Positions 1 to 10,415 of a stretch of DNA of 64,000 nt are shown piece after piece. Below the pieces are notes generated by a model. It did not search any database, had not been told where the DNA came from, and saw only the letters and a list, made by a program, of their open reading frames with translations. Position 1 is the stretch's first letter. Each line of letters opens with the position of its first letter. This stretch comes from Candidatus Hydrothermarchaeum profundi (GTDB lineage: Archaea; Hydrothermarchaeota; Hydrothermarchaeia; Hydrothermarchaeales; Hydrothermarchaeaceae), in contig MTMF02000009.1 of assembly GCA_002011125.2 (NCBI GenBank), forward strand, positions 32,001 to 96,000, given 5' to 3'. A program made the translations under genes and the position numbers.

Positions 1-687
1 CCCATAGGAGGAAATGTCGAACTAGAAGAAACCGCTAGGTTCTCATGGACCTTTCCACTCGTCGGAGCGTTGCTTGCTTTTATTGCTGCTGCAGTAGGAG
101 ACCTATCCTCACTATTATTCTCTACCTTTATAAGTAGTGCAATCGCTTTTTTTTCGTTACTCCTGCTGACCGGATTTCATCACCTTGATGGACTGTTAGA
201 TTTTGGAGATGCTCTTATGTATAGGGGCAATATAGAAAAGAAACGGGCAATATTGGACGATGTGAATACTGGGGTCGGAGGATTTAGTATAGGTTTTTTT
301 GTCCTGCTAATAAGCTATCTATCTATAGTCGAATCTCCTAACATTTATTTATCCCTCATTTTAGCTGAGACTTCCGCTAAGTTTTCCATGGTCTTAGGAT
401 TATATTTCGGCAAACCATTTCATGAAGGATTAGGTAGAATTTTCATGGAAACAAATTTGAGTAAAATGATACTTTCTTTTGTTATCTACATCGGTATAAC
501 GGCCCTACTTACAAGCCTTATGTTTTCTATTTTATTATCCTCAATTACCATCATTTTTTCCCTTTTCATAATAAGTTTATCAAACAAAACCCTTGGAGGA
601 CTGAGTGGAGACGTATTTGGAGCTATGAATGAACTCACTAGGTTAGTAATTTTATTGGTGTTGACATGGAGATCGATGCCCTTATAA
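1..687 (+). CDS. cobS: Adenosylcobinamide-GDP ribazoletransferase (cobalamin synthase), 5'-truncated by the window edge
   Basis: Frame is open from base 1 (FPLVGA); motifs TGFHHLDGLLDFGD and GGLSGDVFGA; multiple TM segments; adjacent to cobY. Confidence 0.93.
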   Translation, partial: PIGGNVELEETARFSWTFPLVGALLAFIAAAVGDLSSLLFSTFISSAIAFFSLLLLTGFHHLDGLLDFGDALMYRGNIEKKRAILDDVNTGVGGFSIGFFVLLISYLSIVESPNIYLSLILAETSAKFSMVLGLYFGKPFHEGLGRIFMETNLSKMILSFVIYIGITALLTSLMFSILLSSITIIFSLFIISLSNKTLGGLSGDVFGAMNELTRLVILLVLTWRSMPL

Positions 688-1289
688 TGGCAGGCGGAGA
701 AGGGAGAAGACTTAAGAGCCTTATAGAAAAACCATTAGTTAAAATATTAGGTAAGCACCTAGTAGACTATGTAATAGAAGCTTTACAAAAATCAAAAATA
801 AATGTGATATATGCAGCTACAAGTCCGAAGGCTCCAAATACCGAGAAATATCTAAAAGAAAAAGGGATCACCATAATCAGAACACCGGGGTGGGGATATG
901 TCAAAGATATGGTTTATGCATTGAGGTTTCTTGGACTTGGTAAGACTCTTGTGATCTCGGCAGATTTGCCGCTGATAAAAGCGAAAGATATTGATTGGCT
1001 AATCAGCGAATACAAGAAACATGCTACTCCCTCCTTATGCTTGCTTGTACCAGCTTATATATTTGAAGAACTTGATATAGAGCCTAGCATCGTATTAGAG
1101 GGTAATGTACCAGCAGGTATTAATATAGTGGATGGTAAAAATTTAAATGGTCCTGAAACCAAGCTTATTTCAAATAGGATAGAATTCGCACTTAATGTCA
1201 ATACAAAAAAAGAGTTAAAATTAGCCGAAAGGAGGTTGAAAAATGCCGATCAGCAAAGAACTTTTAGAAATCCTCGCCTGCCCTATTGA
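666..1289 (+). CDS. cobY: Adenosylcobinamide-phosphate guanylyltransferase (NTP transferase)
   Basis: MAGGEGRRL..EKPL NTP-transferase motif, ADLP, PAGINIV, NVNT; follows cobS. Confidence 0.88.
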   Translation: MEIDALIMAGGEGRRLKSLIEKPLVKILGKHLVDYVIEALQKSKINVIYAATSPKAPNTEKYLKEKGITIIRTPGWGYVKDMVYALRFLGLGKTLVISADLPLIKAKDIDWLISEYKKHATPSLCLLVPAYIFEELDIEPSIVLEGNVPAGINIVDGKNLNGPETKLISNRIEFALNVNTKKELKLAERRLKNADQQRTFRNPRLPY

Positions 1290-1524
1290 TAAGAAAGATG
1301 TCGAATATAAGAAAGATGAGGACTTTCTCTTATGTAAAAAATGCGATATCCGTTATTATGCTGAGAGAATGAAACAAAATACTTGCCCTAAGTGCGGTGA
1401 GGAAATGGAAAAAATTAAAGGGGAGGTCTTAGTCTGCGTAGAATGTAATAGATGGTACCCTATTATAGATGATATACCACACATGTTACCCGATGAGCTT
1501 AGGGAAGACCTAGCTGGGCAGTAG
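1243..1524 (+). CDS. trm112: Trm112-family methyltransferase activator with an extra Zn ribbon
   Basis: LLEILACPIDK ... C..C.RWYPIIDDIPHML pattern. Confidence 0.85.
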   Translation: MPISKELLEILACPIDKKDVEYKKDEDFLLCKKCDIRYYAERMKQNTCPKCGEEMEKIKGEVLVCVECNRWYPIIDDIPHMLPDELREDLAGQ

Positions 1525-1675
1525 ATGCTCCTTGATAAAGATCATATGACCTCGAGATAAGCGGATATTGCCAATAGACATTGAATTGAAATTACTTAGG
1601 ATAAATCATGAATCTATTGCAGATTTAAAACTGTTTTTACAAAGCCTGCTATCCAACTCTTCAATAATTGCTTCA

Positions 1676-2482
1676 TTATCCACGCGGGTAACTGCCAAGT
1701 ATTTTAAGGAAAGTTGTTTTCCTTTCTAACTCTTTTAATGCTTTCTTTATATGAACCTCCTTTCTATGGCCCTCAAAATCTATAAAAAAAATATAATCTC
1801 CTAAAGCTTTTCTTGATGGTCTAGACTCTATTTTGGTAAGATTTATATTTCGCTTATAAAATACCCCGAGAGAATGATACAGTGCCCCAGGAATATGTTT
1901 TAACCCAAATATTATAGAAGTCTTATCGTTTCCTGTAGGCTCATGATCATACTTTGATATTACAAGAAATCGGGTTTGGTTGCTATCTCTATCCTGTATG
2001 TCATCTTTTAAAATCTCTAAACCATAAAGGTCCGCTGCCACGCGAGGGGCTATTGCGGCTGCTTCCTTTAGTTTTTTCTCAGATATCTCTTTGGCGGCTT
2101 CCGCAGTACTAGGGAAGTTCCTCGTTTTTACTTTTATCTCTCTCAGAAAATTTTTGCATTGCGCCAGAGCATGAGGATGCGAGATTACTTCTCTAACTTC
2201 TGACAACTTAGTGCCAGGCAAGACCATAAGACTGTGGTGTATATCTAACGTAATTTCTCTATAAACTTTTAGATCTTTTGACATTAAAAGGTCTAACGTC
2301 ACCCCTACTGAACCTTCAAGAGAATTTTCAACTGGAACAATACCGTACCCAACTTCTCCCTTTGATACTTTCTCAAAGATCTCAATAATATCATTACATA
2401 GGTAAATTTCTGGATTTTTATCAAACTTATAAGCCGCTTCCTCACTAAATGTTCCCCTAGGACCTAAAAGAGCTATTTTCAT
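1676..2482 (-). CDS. pheA: Prephenate dehydratase (with ACT domain)
   Basis: LGPRGTFSE, PVENSLEG, SHPHALAQC, TRF, LTKIESRP. Confidence 0.97.
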   Translation of the reverse strand: MKIALLGPRGTFSEEAAYKFDKNPEIYLCNDIIEIFEKVSKGEVGYGIVPVENSLEGSVGVTLDLLMSKDLKVYREITLDIHHSLMVLPGTKLSEVREVISHPHALAQCKNFLREIKVKTRNFPSTAEAAKEISEKKLKEAAAIAPRVAADLYGLEILKDDIQDRDSNQTRFLVISKYDHEPTGNDKTSIIFGLKHIPGALYHSLGVFYKRNINLTKIESRPSRKALGDYIFFIDFEGHRKEVHIKKALKELERKTTFLKILGSYPRG

Positions 2483-2739
2483 CTCTTTTCCTCTTGGATT
2501 TTCTTACTGTGGGATATCACTAGCCGCATTAATTCTTCAATGAATTCTTCGTCAAGTTCCTTAGAAGATTTCTTGCAGTTTTCTATAATGCTAGCTTCCC
2601 TCTCATTATCCTCGATTCTTAAGCCTAGTTCCCGTTTTAATTTTGCTATTTCGTTTACTATCTGGAATCTTCGTTCCAGTAGTTTGATGATCTTCCTATC
2701 GATTTCATCTATTTCTTCTCTCATCTCTTGTAATTTCAT
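2479..2739 (-). CDS. Chorismate mutase (AroQ type)
   Basis: MREEIDEIDRKIIKLLERR...K...D..RE; overlaps the pheA start; ATG at 2739 preferred. Confidence 0.9.
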   Translation of the reverse strand: MKLQEMREEIDEIDRKIIKLLERRFQIVNEIAKLKRELGLRIEDNEREASIIENCKKSSKELDEEFIEELMRLVISHSKKIQEEKR

Positions 2740-3106
2740 CCGAAAATTCTTTATTACTATTGCTAATATAACATTTTCCACTTTTTTCAAATTTTTTCTC
2801 AATATTCATTCCCACTCCTTCATTCTTATGCAAAGCACCACTCTCTTGCTGTTGACTGATCGGCAACAGAATAAAAGACCGCTTTGTCTACTCAGAGTCT
2901 CACTTTCCTTTACCATGATAAGTCCCAAGAGATTCACTGTTGACGGCTTTAAGAACTCCCTGGAAACTACCTAGGGGTTCTATAAAGACTAAGAGAAGGC
3001 AGATCAAGAGAAGCATAATTTCTTATTTTTGTTCATATCAAATGGTTACATAGAGTGCTAGGAAGAAAAGATAATATTTATCTTCTATTATACCAATCTT
3101 CTTTCT

Positions 3107-3532
3107 ATGGAGTTAAATAGGGTAAAACGCTATAAAGATAAGACTTCACGAATATTCCAGGATATAGTGGATATAGAGGAATGGACGTCTTCAAAAGAAG
3201 GATTTCTTGAAGACAGGAAAACAAGGCTTGCAACCTACAAGGCTTTTCAGGAGGCGGCGGAAGCAGTAGCAGACATTGCAGCAATGATGATTAAGGATAC
3301 CGGTGAAGTGCCCAAAGATGATTATACTAACTTAGAGATGCTCTATGAGAAAAAGATATTATCATCAGAATTAAAAAATGCTCTTAAAGAAGTAAATGGC
3401 CTAAGGAACAGATTAGTTCATGATTATAATGGAATTACTGATGAAATAGCCTATAGGTCAATAATGAGGCTATCAAAATCCGTTGAGGAATTTGCAAAGG
3501 CGGTTGAGAAATGGCTATCGAAAAAAATCTAA
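3107..3532 (+). CDS. HEPN (DUF86/HepT-like) RNase toxin
   Basis: RNRLVHDY = R-X4-H-X-Y HEPN motif; coupled to an MNT gene. Confidence 0.92.
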   Translation: MELNRVKRYKDKTSRIFQDIVDIEEWTSSKEGFLEDRKTRLATYKAFQEAAEAVADIAAMMIKDTGEVPKDDYTNLEMLYEKKILSSELKNALKEVNGLRNRLVHDYNGITDEIAYRSIMRLSKSVEEFAKAVEKWLSKKI

Positions 3533-3915
3533 AAAAAGAATTTTCGTTCTTAGAGAATATAAAGGATGTCCTGGCTGTATTGCTTTTTGGTTCACATGCA
3601 AAAAATGAAGCTACAGTAAGAAGTGACATTGACCTCTGTATTGTTGCTCCAGCAGCAGATAAAGATAGCCTCCTTTCTTTTATTCTACAAAGCGTTAATA
3701 GCTCCAGATATCATATTTGGTTATTCGAGGAACTCCCTCTTTACATGAAAAAAGAAGTTATAGACAACCACAAGGTTATTCTATGTAGAGATAAGCTTAA
3801 CCTTTACGAGTACTTCTACTTTGTTAATAAACTTTGGAAAGATCAAGAGCACAGGCAGAGAGTGACACTAAAAGATCTTAAGGAAATCTTGAATAAGCGT
3901 AGTAGTACAGCTTAG
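3511..3915 (+). CDS. Minimal nucleotidyltransferase (MntA-like antitoxin)
   Basis: LFGS...SDIDLCIV motif. Confidence 0.92.
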   Translation: MAIEKNLKKEFSFLENIKDVLAVLLFGSHAKNEATVRSDIDLCIVAPAADKDSLLSFILQSVNSSRYHIWLFEELPLYMKKEVIDNHKVILCRDKLNLYEYFYFVNKLWKDQEHRQRVTLKDLKEILNKRSSTA

Positions 3916-4135
3916 AAAAAACGAAATACCATTGTAGAGGATACCTAGACTACTATTTTGGTGCCTGTAGTACTACCACAGTATCCAATAGAATCATCTT
4001 TAAATTAGTTTCATTAAGCTACCGTCTCAATACAGAAGAGATTAAACGCCAAAAAGCAAGATTTTGAATAACCTCTTTTTAGCGGAAGAATTAAAAATTT
4101 AGAAATTATAGAAGAATAAAGAAGGTTTTAGCTTT

Positions 4136-5068
4136 ATGGTGGTAATAAATCTCCATTTCCATAAGATTTTAATAGTAACCTTAGCTGTACTCCTGCTTAC
4201 TCCAATTCAGGGTTACGCCACTAAATTCCTTTCGTACAAGATAGTAGGAAAAATTGAAGATAGCCAAGTAGTAGAGGATGTGGTAATTGTACTTTTGAAT
4301 GATGGAACATCAGATCTACTCTCTGCAAGGTTTACTGTACCTGAAGGTTTTGAAATAATATCTGTTAGAGATTCTTATGGTGAGCTACGCTATACTGCCT
4401 CGATTAGCGGAGGAATAGTAGTAGATTTCTTTTTTATGGAACCTATCAAGCCCGGCGAAACTAGGGTAATCATTTTAAAGCTTAGATCAAATTCTCTTAT
4501 AACAGATAAAAACGGATATTCAGAATACCTATTAGTTTTCACGCCAAGAACACCCATACAAGAGTTTGAACATGTGCTTATACTCCCAAAAGATTCAAAG
4601 CTATATTCCCCGAAGGAGTCTGCCCCATTAGTTTTTCCAGACGCTAATGTTAGTTATAAAGATGATAAACCGGTTATAACTTGGAAAAAAGAATTAGAAG
4701 CAAATCAGCCTGAAGTTTTTTTAGCGAGATATAAAGTTAATAAATTTGGATTATTACGTTATATCCTAGTAGGCATAGTAGCTCTTGGAGGAAGTGCCTT
4801 TATAGCACTAGTTGGAGTAAAATTTCGGTCGAGATACAGGAAAATTAAAGCATTGAATTCCCTTAAAATACTAAATGAGAGAGAGCGAAGTGTGATTGAA
4901 ATGATAATCAAAAATGAAGGTTTACCACAATATCAACTCCAGTTAGAACTGGGTTATTCTAAGGCAAGTTTGAGTAAAATTTTAGCAAAGCTTGAATCTA
5001 GAGGCTTAATTAGGAAAAAAAGATTTGGAAAGATAAATAAATTGTATATAGGAGATAAATTACGATAG
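4136..5068 (+). CDS. Membrane-anchored winged-HTH regulator with an extracellular beta-rich domain (COG2512-like)
   Basis: Signal peptide, beta-rich ectodomain, one TM, C-terminal wHTH (Q..L..ELGYSKASLSKIL..LE.RGLI.KKRFG..N). Confidence 0.8.
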   Translation: MVVINLHFHKILIVTLAVLLLTPIQGYATKFLSYKIVGKIEDSQVVEDVVIVLLNDGTSDLLSARFTVPEGFEIISVRDSYGELRYTASISGGIVVDFFFMEPIKPGETRVIILKLRSNSLITDKNGYSEYLLVFTPRTPIQEFEHVLILPKDSKLYSPKESAPLVFPDANVSYKDDKPVITWKKELEANQPEVFLARYKVNKFGLLRYILVGIVALGGSAFIALVGVKFRSRYRKIKALNSLKILNERERSVIEMIIKNEGLPQYQLQLELGYSKASLSKILAKLESRGLIRKKRFGKINKLYIGDKLR

Positions 5069-5120
5069 TTTCTTTAAAAGTTGAAACAGTTTCCTCAACA
5101 ACTCTAAATAAAGTTTCCTC
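5068..5120. promoter_or_regulatory. Putative operator: GTTTC/GAAAC box array
   Basis: GTTTC at 5068, 5089 and 5113; GAAAC at 5083 forms the palindrome GAAACAGTTTC; AGTTTCCTC occurs twice; lies between the regulator and the next gene. Confidence 0.5.
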
Positions 5121-5156
5121 TGAATTTATGTGTAAAAAACAGGAGGTTTAGTAAAA

Positions 5157-6839
5157 ATGGCTACAAAGAAAATTTTGATTATTAGCTCGATTTTAATGTT
5201 AATAGCAGCGACTTTGGGAACAGCGATGGCACAGCCACCTGTAGACGTTCCTGGTAGAAAAGTCCTTATCCACAGGTTTAACGTGGCTTTTTACCAAATG
5301 GAAACACTTAGAATAGGTATGGACGAAGTTATTGAATATGCTCAAGAGATCAATGCTTCAACTGAAAAATTAGAAGAGCTTAGAGATGAATTTGTTTCAA
5401 AAGCTACCGAGCTAAATGAGTCGGCTGAAAAAGGTGATTTGAAGGAATTCAATAGCGTATTGGCCGATATAAGAGAAATAGTAAAAGAATTTAGATTAGA
5501 ATCCCATAAAGTACTTGGAGATAAAGTGGGAGAGGCGCAAGTGAGAGTTGCTCAGGCATTACAAGAGAATAGGGACTATCTGCTCAGCTTAGTTGAAAAT
5601 ATCGCTAAATCAAGAAAGGAAGCCGACTTAGAGGTTGTGGATAAGGCCCTTGGAGATGCAGAAAAAAAAGTTGATAAATTAAAGGAAAAAGGTGCAAATG
5701 TGACCCCACTAAAAATTGAGCTGAAGAAAATTAAAGAAAAGAGAGAGGCTCTCAGAGAGAAACTTGATGCAGCAATAGAATCCTGTAAAGGAGTAGGACT
5801 GGAGCAATGCAATACAACAGAAGCCAAAGAATATAAAGCCTTAAAAGAAGAGATAAAACGCGAATTCAAAGAACTTAGGGAGGCTTCCAAGAAGACGTGG
5901 AATGTGGTTGCGCTATCAAACATTGTTAGGGCCTCAGAAAATATAGTAGAAAAAGCAAAGGAAAGGTTAGAAAAATTAGAAGAGAGAGGTATAGATGTAA
6001 CGGTTCCTCTAGCAAAACTAGATCAAATTCAAGAAATGTTAGATTCTGTTGAAGGAAAACTTCAAACCGGCGAATATGATGAGGCCATAGAAGAATTAAA
6101 GGCTGCCAGAGACGCTTTTAGGTCTATAGGAAGAGAAATAAGCGAGGCTATAAAGGAAGCCCGTAGAGGTCCACCTGAAGAAGTAGGGAAACCAGAAAAA
6201 ATAAAGGTCGAGGAAAAAGAGGATGGGACGAAGATTAAAGTAGAAGGTGACATAGATTTATCTGGAGAAGCAAGAATTACGCTTGAAAAGCTAGTCTCCA
6301 GCCTTAAAGGAGCTTCGGTAACAACAAGTCTCAAGCTGAAAATTGAAAAAGAAAATGGAGAAATTACAAACGTTGAAGCAAAATTAGAGGGCAATGCCCT
6401 CACCGCAGAGCAGAGAGAACTTTGGAATATACTTCAGGAAGAAGTAAAGTCATTGGTGCAAAACGCCTCCAAAGAAGATATTGAACTAGACATTGAAATA
6501 GAGCATGAAATTGAAACACCTGAGATAGAAATCAAAGCAAAGATAAAAGGAAATCAAACTGAAGTGGAAATAGAGAAAGAAGGAATGACTACTAAATTTG
6601 TCCTGAACACAACAAATAGGGGAGAGATAATATCAGAGATAGCCAGCAGAACCGAGCTGCCTGAATCTGAGGTTCAGACTATCATAGAGATTAGTGAAGA
6701 AGAAATCGAGATAGAGCATGAAGTAGAAATAGAGAAACCAGAAGGTTCTCAATTTAAGAAAGAAGAAACAGAAGAAGCTGGCGAGAGCGAAGAAAGAGGA
6801 CCTCCTGAAGGAGTACCCGCTCAAGGAGGGAAACCATGA
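5157..6839 (+). CDS. Secreted long coiled-coil protein with acidic beta-rich C-terminus
   Basis: Signal peptide (TAMA-Q), heptad-rich helices, Glu-rich tail; AGGAGG RBS. Confidence 0.75.
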   Translation: MATKKILIISSILMLIAATLGTAMAQPPVDVPGRKVLIHRFNVAFYQMETLRIGMDEVIEYAQEINASTEKLEELRDEFVSKATELNESAEKGDLKEFNSVLADIREIVKEFRLESHKVLGDKVGEAQVRVAQALQENRDYLLSLVENIAKSRKEADLEVVDKALGDAEKKVDKLKEKGANVTPLKIELKKIKEKREALREKLDAAIESCKGVGLEQCNTTEAKEYKALKEEIKREFKELREASKKTWNVVALSNIVRASENIVEKAKERLEKLEERGIDVTVPLAKLDQIQEMLDSVEGKLQTGEYDEAIEELKAARDAFRSIGREISEAIKEARRGPPEEVGKPEKIKVEEKEDGTKIKVEGDIDLSGEARITLEKLVSSLKGASVTTSLKLKIEKENGEITNVEAKLEGNALTAEQRELWNILQEEVKSLVQNASKEDIELDIEIEHEIETPEIEIKAKIKGNQTEVEIEKEGMTTKFVLNTTNRGEIISEIASRTELPESEVQTIIEISEEEIEIEHEVEIEKPEGSQFKKEETEEAGESEERGPPEGVPAQGGKP

Positions 6840-7054
6840 GGTCAGCTAGTTTGATTATTTTATTGGTGCTAAGTTCTTTGTTCGTAGGGTGTATTACAAA
6901 GGAAAAAGCTCCGCCAACACAGACAACTCCGCCTCCTACAGAGGCGCCTATAGAAGAGGAGCTTCCCCCTATTACAGAAGCGCCAGAAGAAGTGATAATA
7001 GAAGAACCGCAATTTGAGGAAAATACTACGATTGATCTGGGCTCAATCTTGTGA
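6836..7054 (+). CDS. Small Pro/Glu-rich lipoprotein
   Basis: Lipobox LFVGC; ATGA overlap with the upstream gene; followed by a T-rich terminator. Confidence 0.7.
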   Translation: MRSASLIILLVLSSLFVGCITKEKAPPTQTTPPPTEAPIEEELPPITEAPEEVIIEEPQFEENTTIDLGSIL

Positions 7055-7077
7055 GCCCTATTTTTTTATTTTTGTAG

Positions 7078-8070
7078 CTATCGAACCGGTTTAATCACCT
7101 TTATGTATTCGTCTTCCGCTTCCCTACTTGTGCCCACTACTATTCTTTTATAACTTTCATTTCCTTGAACCTCCTCTAAGTACCCTCTAACCTTTATTTT
7201 TTCGCCTTCAAAAGCTTGGCCAACATAAGTGTGAGTATAGGAGTAAACCTCTTTTATTAATGGGTCAGAGCATTCTACTTTAAAAATAGCCGGGTAATCA
7301 AAAGCTAAGGAGGAGTCTACTACTGTGCATGTAAGAGTAACTTTGTATTTCCTTCTAAATTTTTTTTGAGAATATTGCTCGTGGATTTCCTTATAATTCC
7401 TTACCAATAGGATATCAAAAATAGTTTCGTCTATTATGCCTTTATGCCATTTTCGTTTCTCATGCCAGATGAACTCAGCTAAGCTTAGTGGACTCTTATG
7501 TGGAAATCTTTTTTTAAAAGATTTTGTCCAGTGCTTTCTAGATAAGTTGGAGAGTGTTCCTTCTTTAATACTGTCTCGTAGGATTCTCCTCGCCTTTTGA
7601 AAATTATCTAATCCATAAATTACAAAATCTATGTCTGACATTTCAGTATGCAAACCGAGTAGAGCAGAACCGGTTATCCCTTTCTTATTTTCTGGGATCT
7701 CAGAAAATATCTGAGAAAGCCTAAAAATCTTCTTTTCATAAGGAGTAGCTGGGTTCTCTGAGACTTTTTTTAGTCCTATCCAAGGGAAATAAATTTTAGA
7801 AACCATATTTAAAGGGACTGACTGAAGATATGAACCTGTAACATCTGAGAAAAAAAGATATTGGGGATAATGCTTTTTTAGAAAAATAAAAGATTCTTGG
7901 GTAGATGCTACTTTAGAATATTTTTTATTCTTATGTACCCTGCTCCCCTGGTCGCTTGGATAGTACCTCAGAAACGCTATGTATCTGTCCTTGGGATGAT
8001 AATACGTTACAACTGCAAAAATAAGTCCATCTTTAGTCTCAATAAAATCTCTTATTCGCGGTTGCATCAT
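7078..8070 (-). CDS. Archaeal DNA-pol-beta-family nucleotidyltransferase (COG1665-like)
   Basis: RDFI..FAV..Y.HP..FLRY N-terminus; GITGS...SDIDFVIYG; VVGTSREA..E. Confidence 0.85.
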   Translation of the reverse strand: MMQPRIRDFIETKDGLIFAVVTYYHPKDRYIAFLRYYPSDQGSRVHKNKKYSKVASTQESFIFLKKHYPQYLFFSDVTGSYLQSVPLNMVSKIYFPWIGLKKVSENPATPYEKKIFRLSQIFSEIPENKKGITGSALLGLHTEMSDIDFVIYGLDNFQKARRILRDSIKEGTLSNLSRKHWTKSFKKRFPHKSPLSLAEFIWHEKRKWHKGIIDETIFDILLVRNYKEIHEQYSQKKFRRKYKVTLTCTVVDSSLAFDYPAIFKVECSDPLIKEVYSYTHTYVGQAFEGEKIKVRGYLEEVQGNESYKRIVVGTSREAEDEYIKVIKPVR

Positions 8071-8465
8071 AGCATATCCTGAATTTCCTTCAAATGCCTA
8101 GATTTTCTCACTGCCTGGGGGGTAACCTCATAAAGAGTTCCATTTTCAATTACATAGTGATTTATCTTTAAACCTGGGAACAATCTTTTCAAATCATCCA
8201 GTATATAATGCAACTGTACGCAGTGAGGAGACCCATCTACCGTTAAAGCTGATAATTCGCTTAAATTATTTTCCCTAACTATACTTGAAATCTTCCAAGC
8301 TATTTTATCCATATGCTCATCTTCAAGACAGATAGAGAGTTTGAATGTCTCCTTAAATAAGTTTAAAATATCAGGATACTCTTCCTTAATGCATGCTCCA
8401 TAGACTAGTACTCTTTGCCCAATATTCTTGGATTTCACATTAGTTTTCATTAGTTCCATACTCAT
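8067..8465 (-). CDS. Fe-S/Cys-containing protein related to the C-terminal domain of iron-sulfur cluster-binding proteins
   Basis: GAC...ICLE...TVDGSPHC. Confidence 0.65.
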   Translation of the reverse strand: MSMELMKTNVKSKNIGQRVLVYGACIKEEYPDILNLFKETFKLSICLEDEHMDKIAWKISSIVRENNLSELSALTVDGSPHCVQLHYILDDLKRLFPGLKINHYVIENGTLYEVTPQAVRKSRHLKEIQDML

Positions 8466-8500
8466 CTAGTCCTCCATTTTATTCTCATTATCCATCCATT

Positions 8501-9490
8501 TCAGCTCTTAGGAGAAACAAGAATAACAACTACCAGCACAAGCAAAAGTGATGCCCATAGAGCTATAGCTACACGAGTTGCTCTTCTTGCCTTTTCAGCT
8601 TCCCACCAAGTCAATGGCCGTATTCCCTGCGCTAAAAAAGTTGTAACTCCTGCTAAGTTTATACTTATTATATTGATGAGTAACAGCATCATAGCCCCCA
8701 TAGCCATACCCAAATTCCGAGAGCCAAGTAGAAGTCCAAAAGCGACCATAGGGGGTAATAGAGCTACTGCCACCATTACGCCAATAAGAGCGCTAGATAA
8801 TCTGGTTGTATAGGATAAAGCTGCAACAATGCCTGCGGCAAGAGCTACTAAAACATTGTCTAATCCAACCTTAGTCCTTGAAACTAATTCAGGAGTAGTG
8901 GGATTTATATCCAAGATTAATCCCATTAAACAAGTAAAGGACACTACTACTATAATTCCAAGAAAATTAGTTATAACGGCTCGTCGAGCAAGGTTCATAT
9001 CTCCAAGCGTGGTTGCTAGAGAAAGAGCCACATTAGGGCCTATCAAAGGAGCTATTACCATCCCTCCTATAACAATGATGAAATTGTTTTCAAGCATACC
9101 TATTGCAATAAGGAGAGAAGAGAGTAGCACCAGCAATACAAAATTCCATGAAAGCTTTATGGTATTCTCTACCTCAGCATAGACTTCTTCCCGGCTTATT
9201 CTATTTTTTTTCTCGACTTCTTTTTTTGTTCTCTCCTCTAATTTAATCCTCGGGATAGATGCGTCAGCTTGTAATATAATTGCTCTAAAACCCTCTGTAT
9301 CGCCAAAGCGATTTTCAAGTTCATCAAGAAGACTCTCCGTCTCTTCTGTTGGGATAAGGATCCTCGTTAATATTTTGCCTTCAGAGATTCTATCCTGCCA
9401 GATTTCAATGTTTGTATATTTATCCAATAATTCCTTTACATGCCTTTTCTCTTTTTCTGGCAAATAGATTTCAATTAAGCGAATAGCCAT
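8501..9490 (-). CDS. TIGR00341/DUF389 membrane protein
   Basis: IGGMVIAPLIGP and GVMVAVALLPP; about 7 TM segments. Confidence 0.9.
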   Translation of the reverse strand: MAIRLIEIYLPEKEKRHVKELLDKYTNIEIWQDRISEGKILTRILIPTEETESLLDELENRFGDTEGFRAIILQADASIPRIKLEERTKKEVEKKNRISREEVYAEVENTIKLSWNFVLLVLLSSLLIAIGMLENNFIIVIGGMVIAPLIGPNVALSLATTLGDMNLARRAVITNFLGIIVVVSFTCLMGLILDINPTTPELVSRTKVGLDNVLVALAAGIVAALSYTTRLSSALIGVMVAVALLPPMVAFGLLLGSRNLGMAMGAMMLLLINIISINLAGVTTFLAQGIRPLTWWEAEKARRATRVAIALWASLLLVLVVVILVSPKS

Positions 9491-9582
9491 AAATATTATT
9501 GCTTTATATTCTTACATTAAGCTTAAAGTTTTCTTGAAAACCTTAGGAGGATATTAGAAAAATTTTAGATGTTAAAAAGACA

Positions 9583-10299
9583 TTGATGGGGAAAATGAAA
9601 ATATATCTAGTCCTGCTTTTGGTTTTAACAGCGGGTTGCTTAGGTCAGTCCGAGGAAATAAAAACACAAAACATAGGCTCAATCCTATCTAACCCCTCTG
9701 CCTATGGTGATGAAGAGATAAATTTCAAGGCTACGGTCATCCAGATTTACCCATACCAACAAGGTGTTTTATTAAAACTGCAAGATGATACTGGGGAGAT
9801 AAATGCATTTTACACGGGTAATGTTATGACAGTTGATGTAGGCTATGAAGCTATTTTCACAGGGGTTTTAGTGCAAGACCAATCTATGGCCAGTGCCCAT
9901 GGATCCGGCTCTGGAGTTCTACTGAGCATAACAGGCATAAAGGATGTGGTCCCAGGGAAGCTAGAAGAAACTGTTCCTCCTTATATGCCTCCAAATATGT
10001 ATCCCACTATAGCCGAGCTTAGAGAAAATAGATACGCTTATTCTATGGAGCAAGCTGTAACGATTGTAGGGAAATGTCTACAAACTCAAAACGCGGCGGG
10101 GTATACCTATGTTGAATTAGAGGATGATACAGGAAAGATGTGGGTAGCTATTCCTGAAAGTGAAATAGAAATAGGAAAAGTGTATATCGCAGAGGGAATT
10201 GTTATGACAGACTTTACAAGTAAAACTACTGGAAAAACATTCGATGTCATATTATTCAGTGCTGGACTGAAGCCTTTTTCACCGCATGGTTCCAAATGA
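9583..10299 (+). CDS. Tandem OB-fold lipoprotein
   Basis: Lipobox LTAGC; two repeats with L.DDTG.I/M OB-fold motif. Confidence 0.7.
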   Translation: MMGKMKIYLVLLLVLTAGCLGQSEEIKTQNIGSILSNPSAYGDEEINFKATVIQIYPYQQGVLLKLQDDTGEINAFYTGNVMTVDVGYEAIFTGVLVQDQSMASAHGSGSGVLLSITGIKDVVPGKLEETVPPYMPPNMYPTIAELRENRYAYSMEQAVTIVGKCLQTQNAAGYTYVELEDDTGKMWVAIPESEIEIGKVYIAEGIVMTDFTSKTTGKTFDVILFSAGLKPFSPHGSK

Positions 10300-10415
10300 A
10301 CCCTAAATTTTTTTCTAAGGTGAACTCAATTTTCTTAATGCTTTGATATGTACATTAAGACGACCAGCAAAGTTAAAATACATCAAAAAGATAGAAAAAC
10401 AGGAAAGGTTAAAAG

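Noticed and set aside
2760-3000. Possible TnpB/IS605 remnant upstream of chorismate mutase
   Set aside because: No convincing CxxCG or DxNA motif in any frame.
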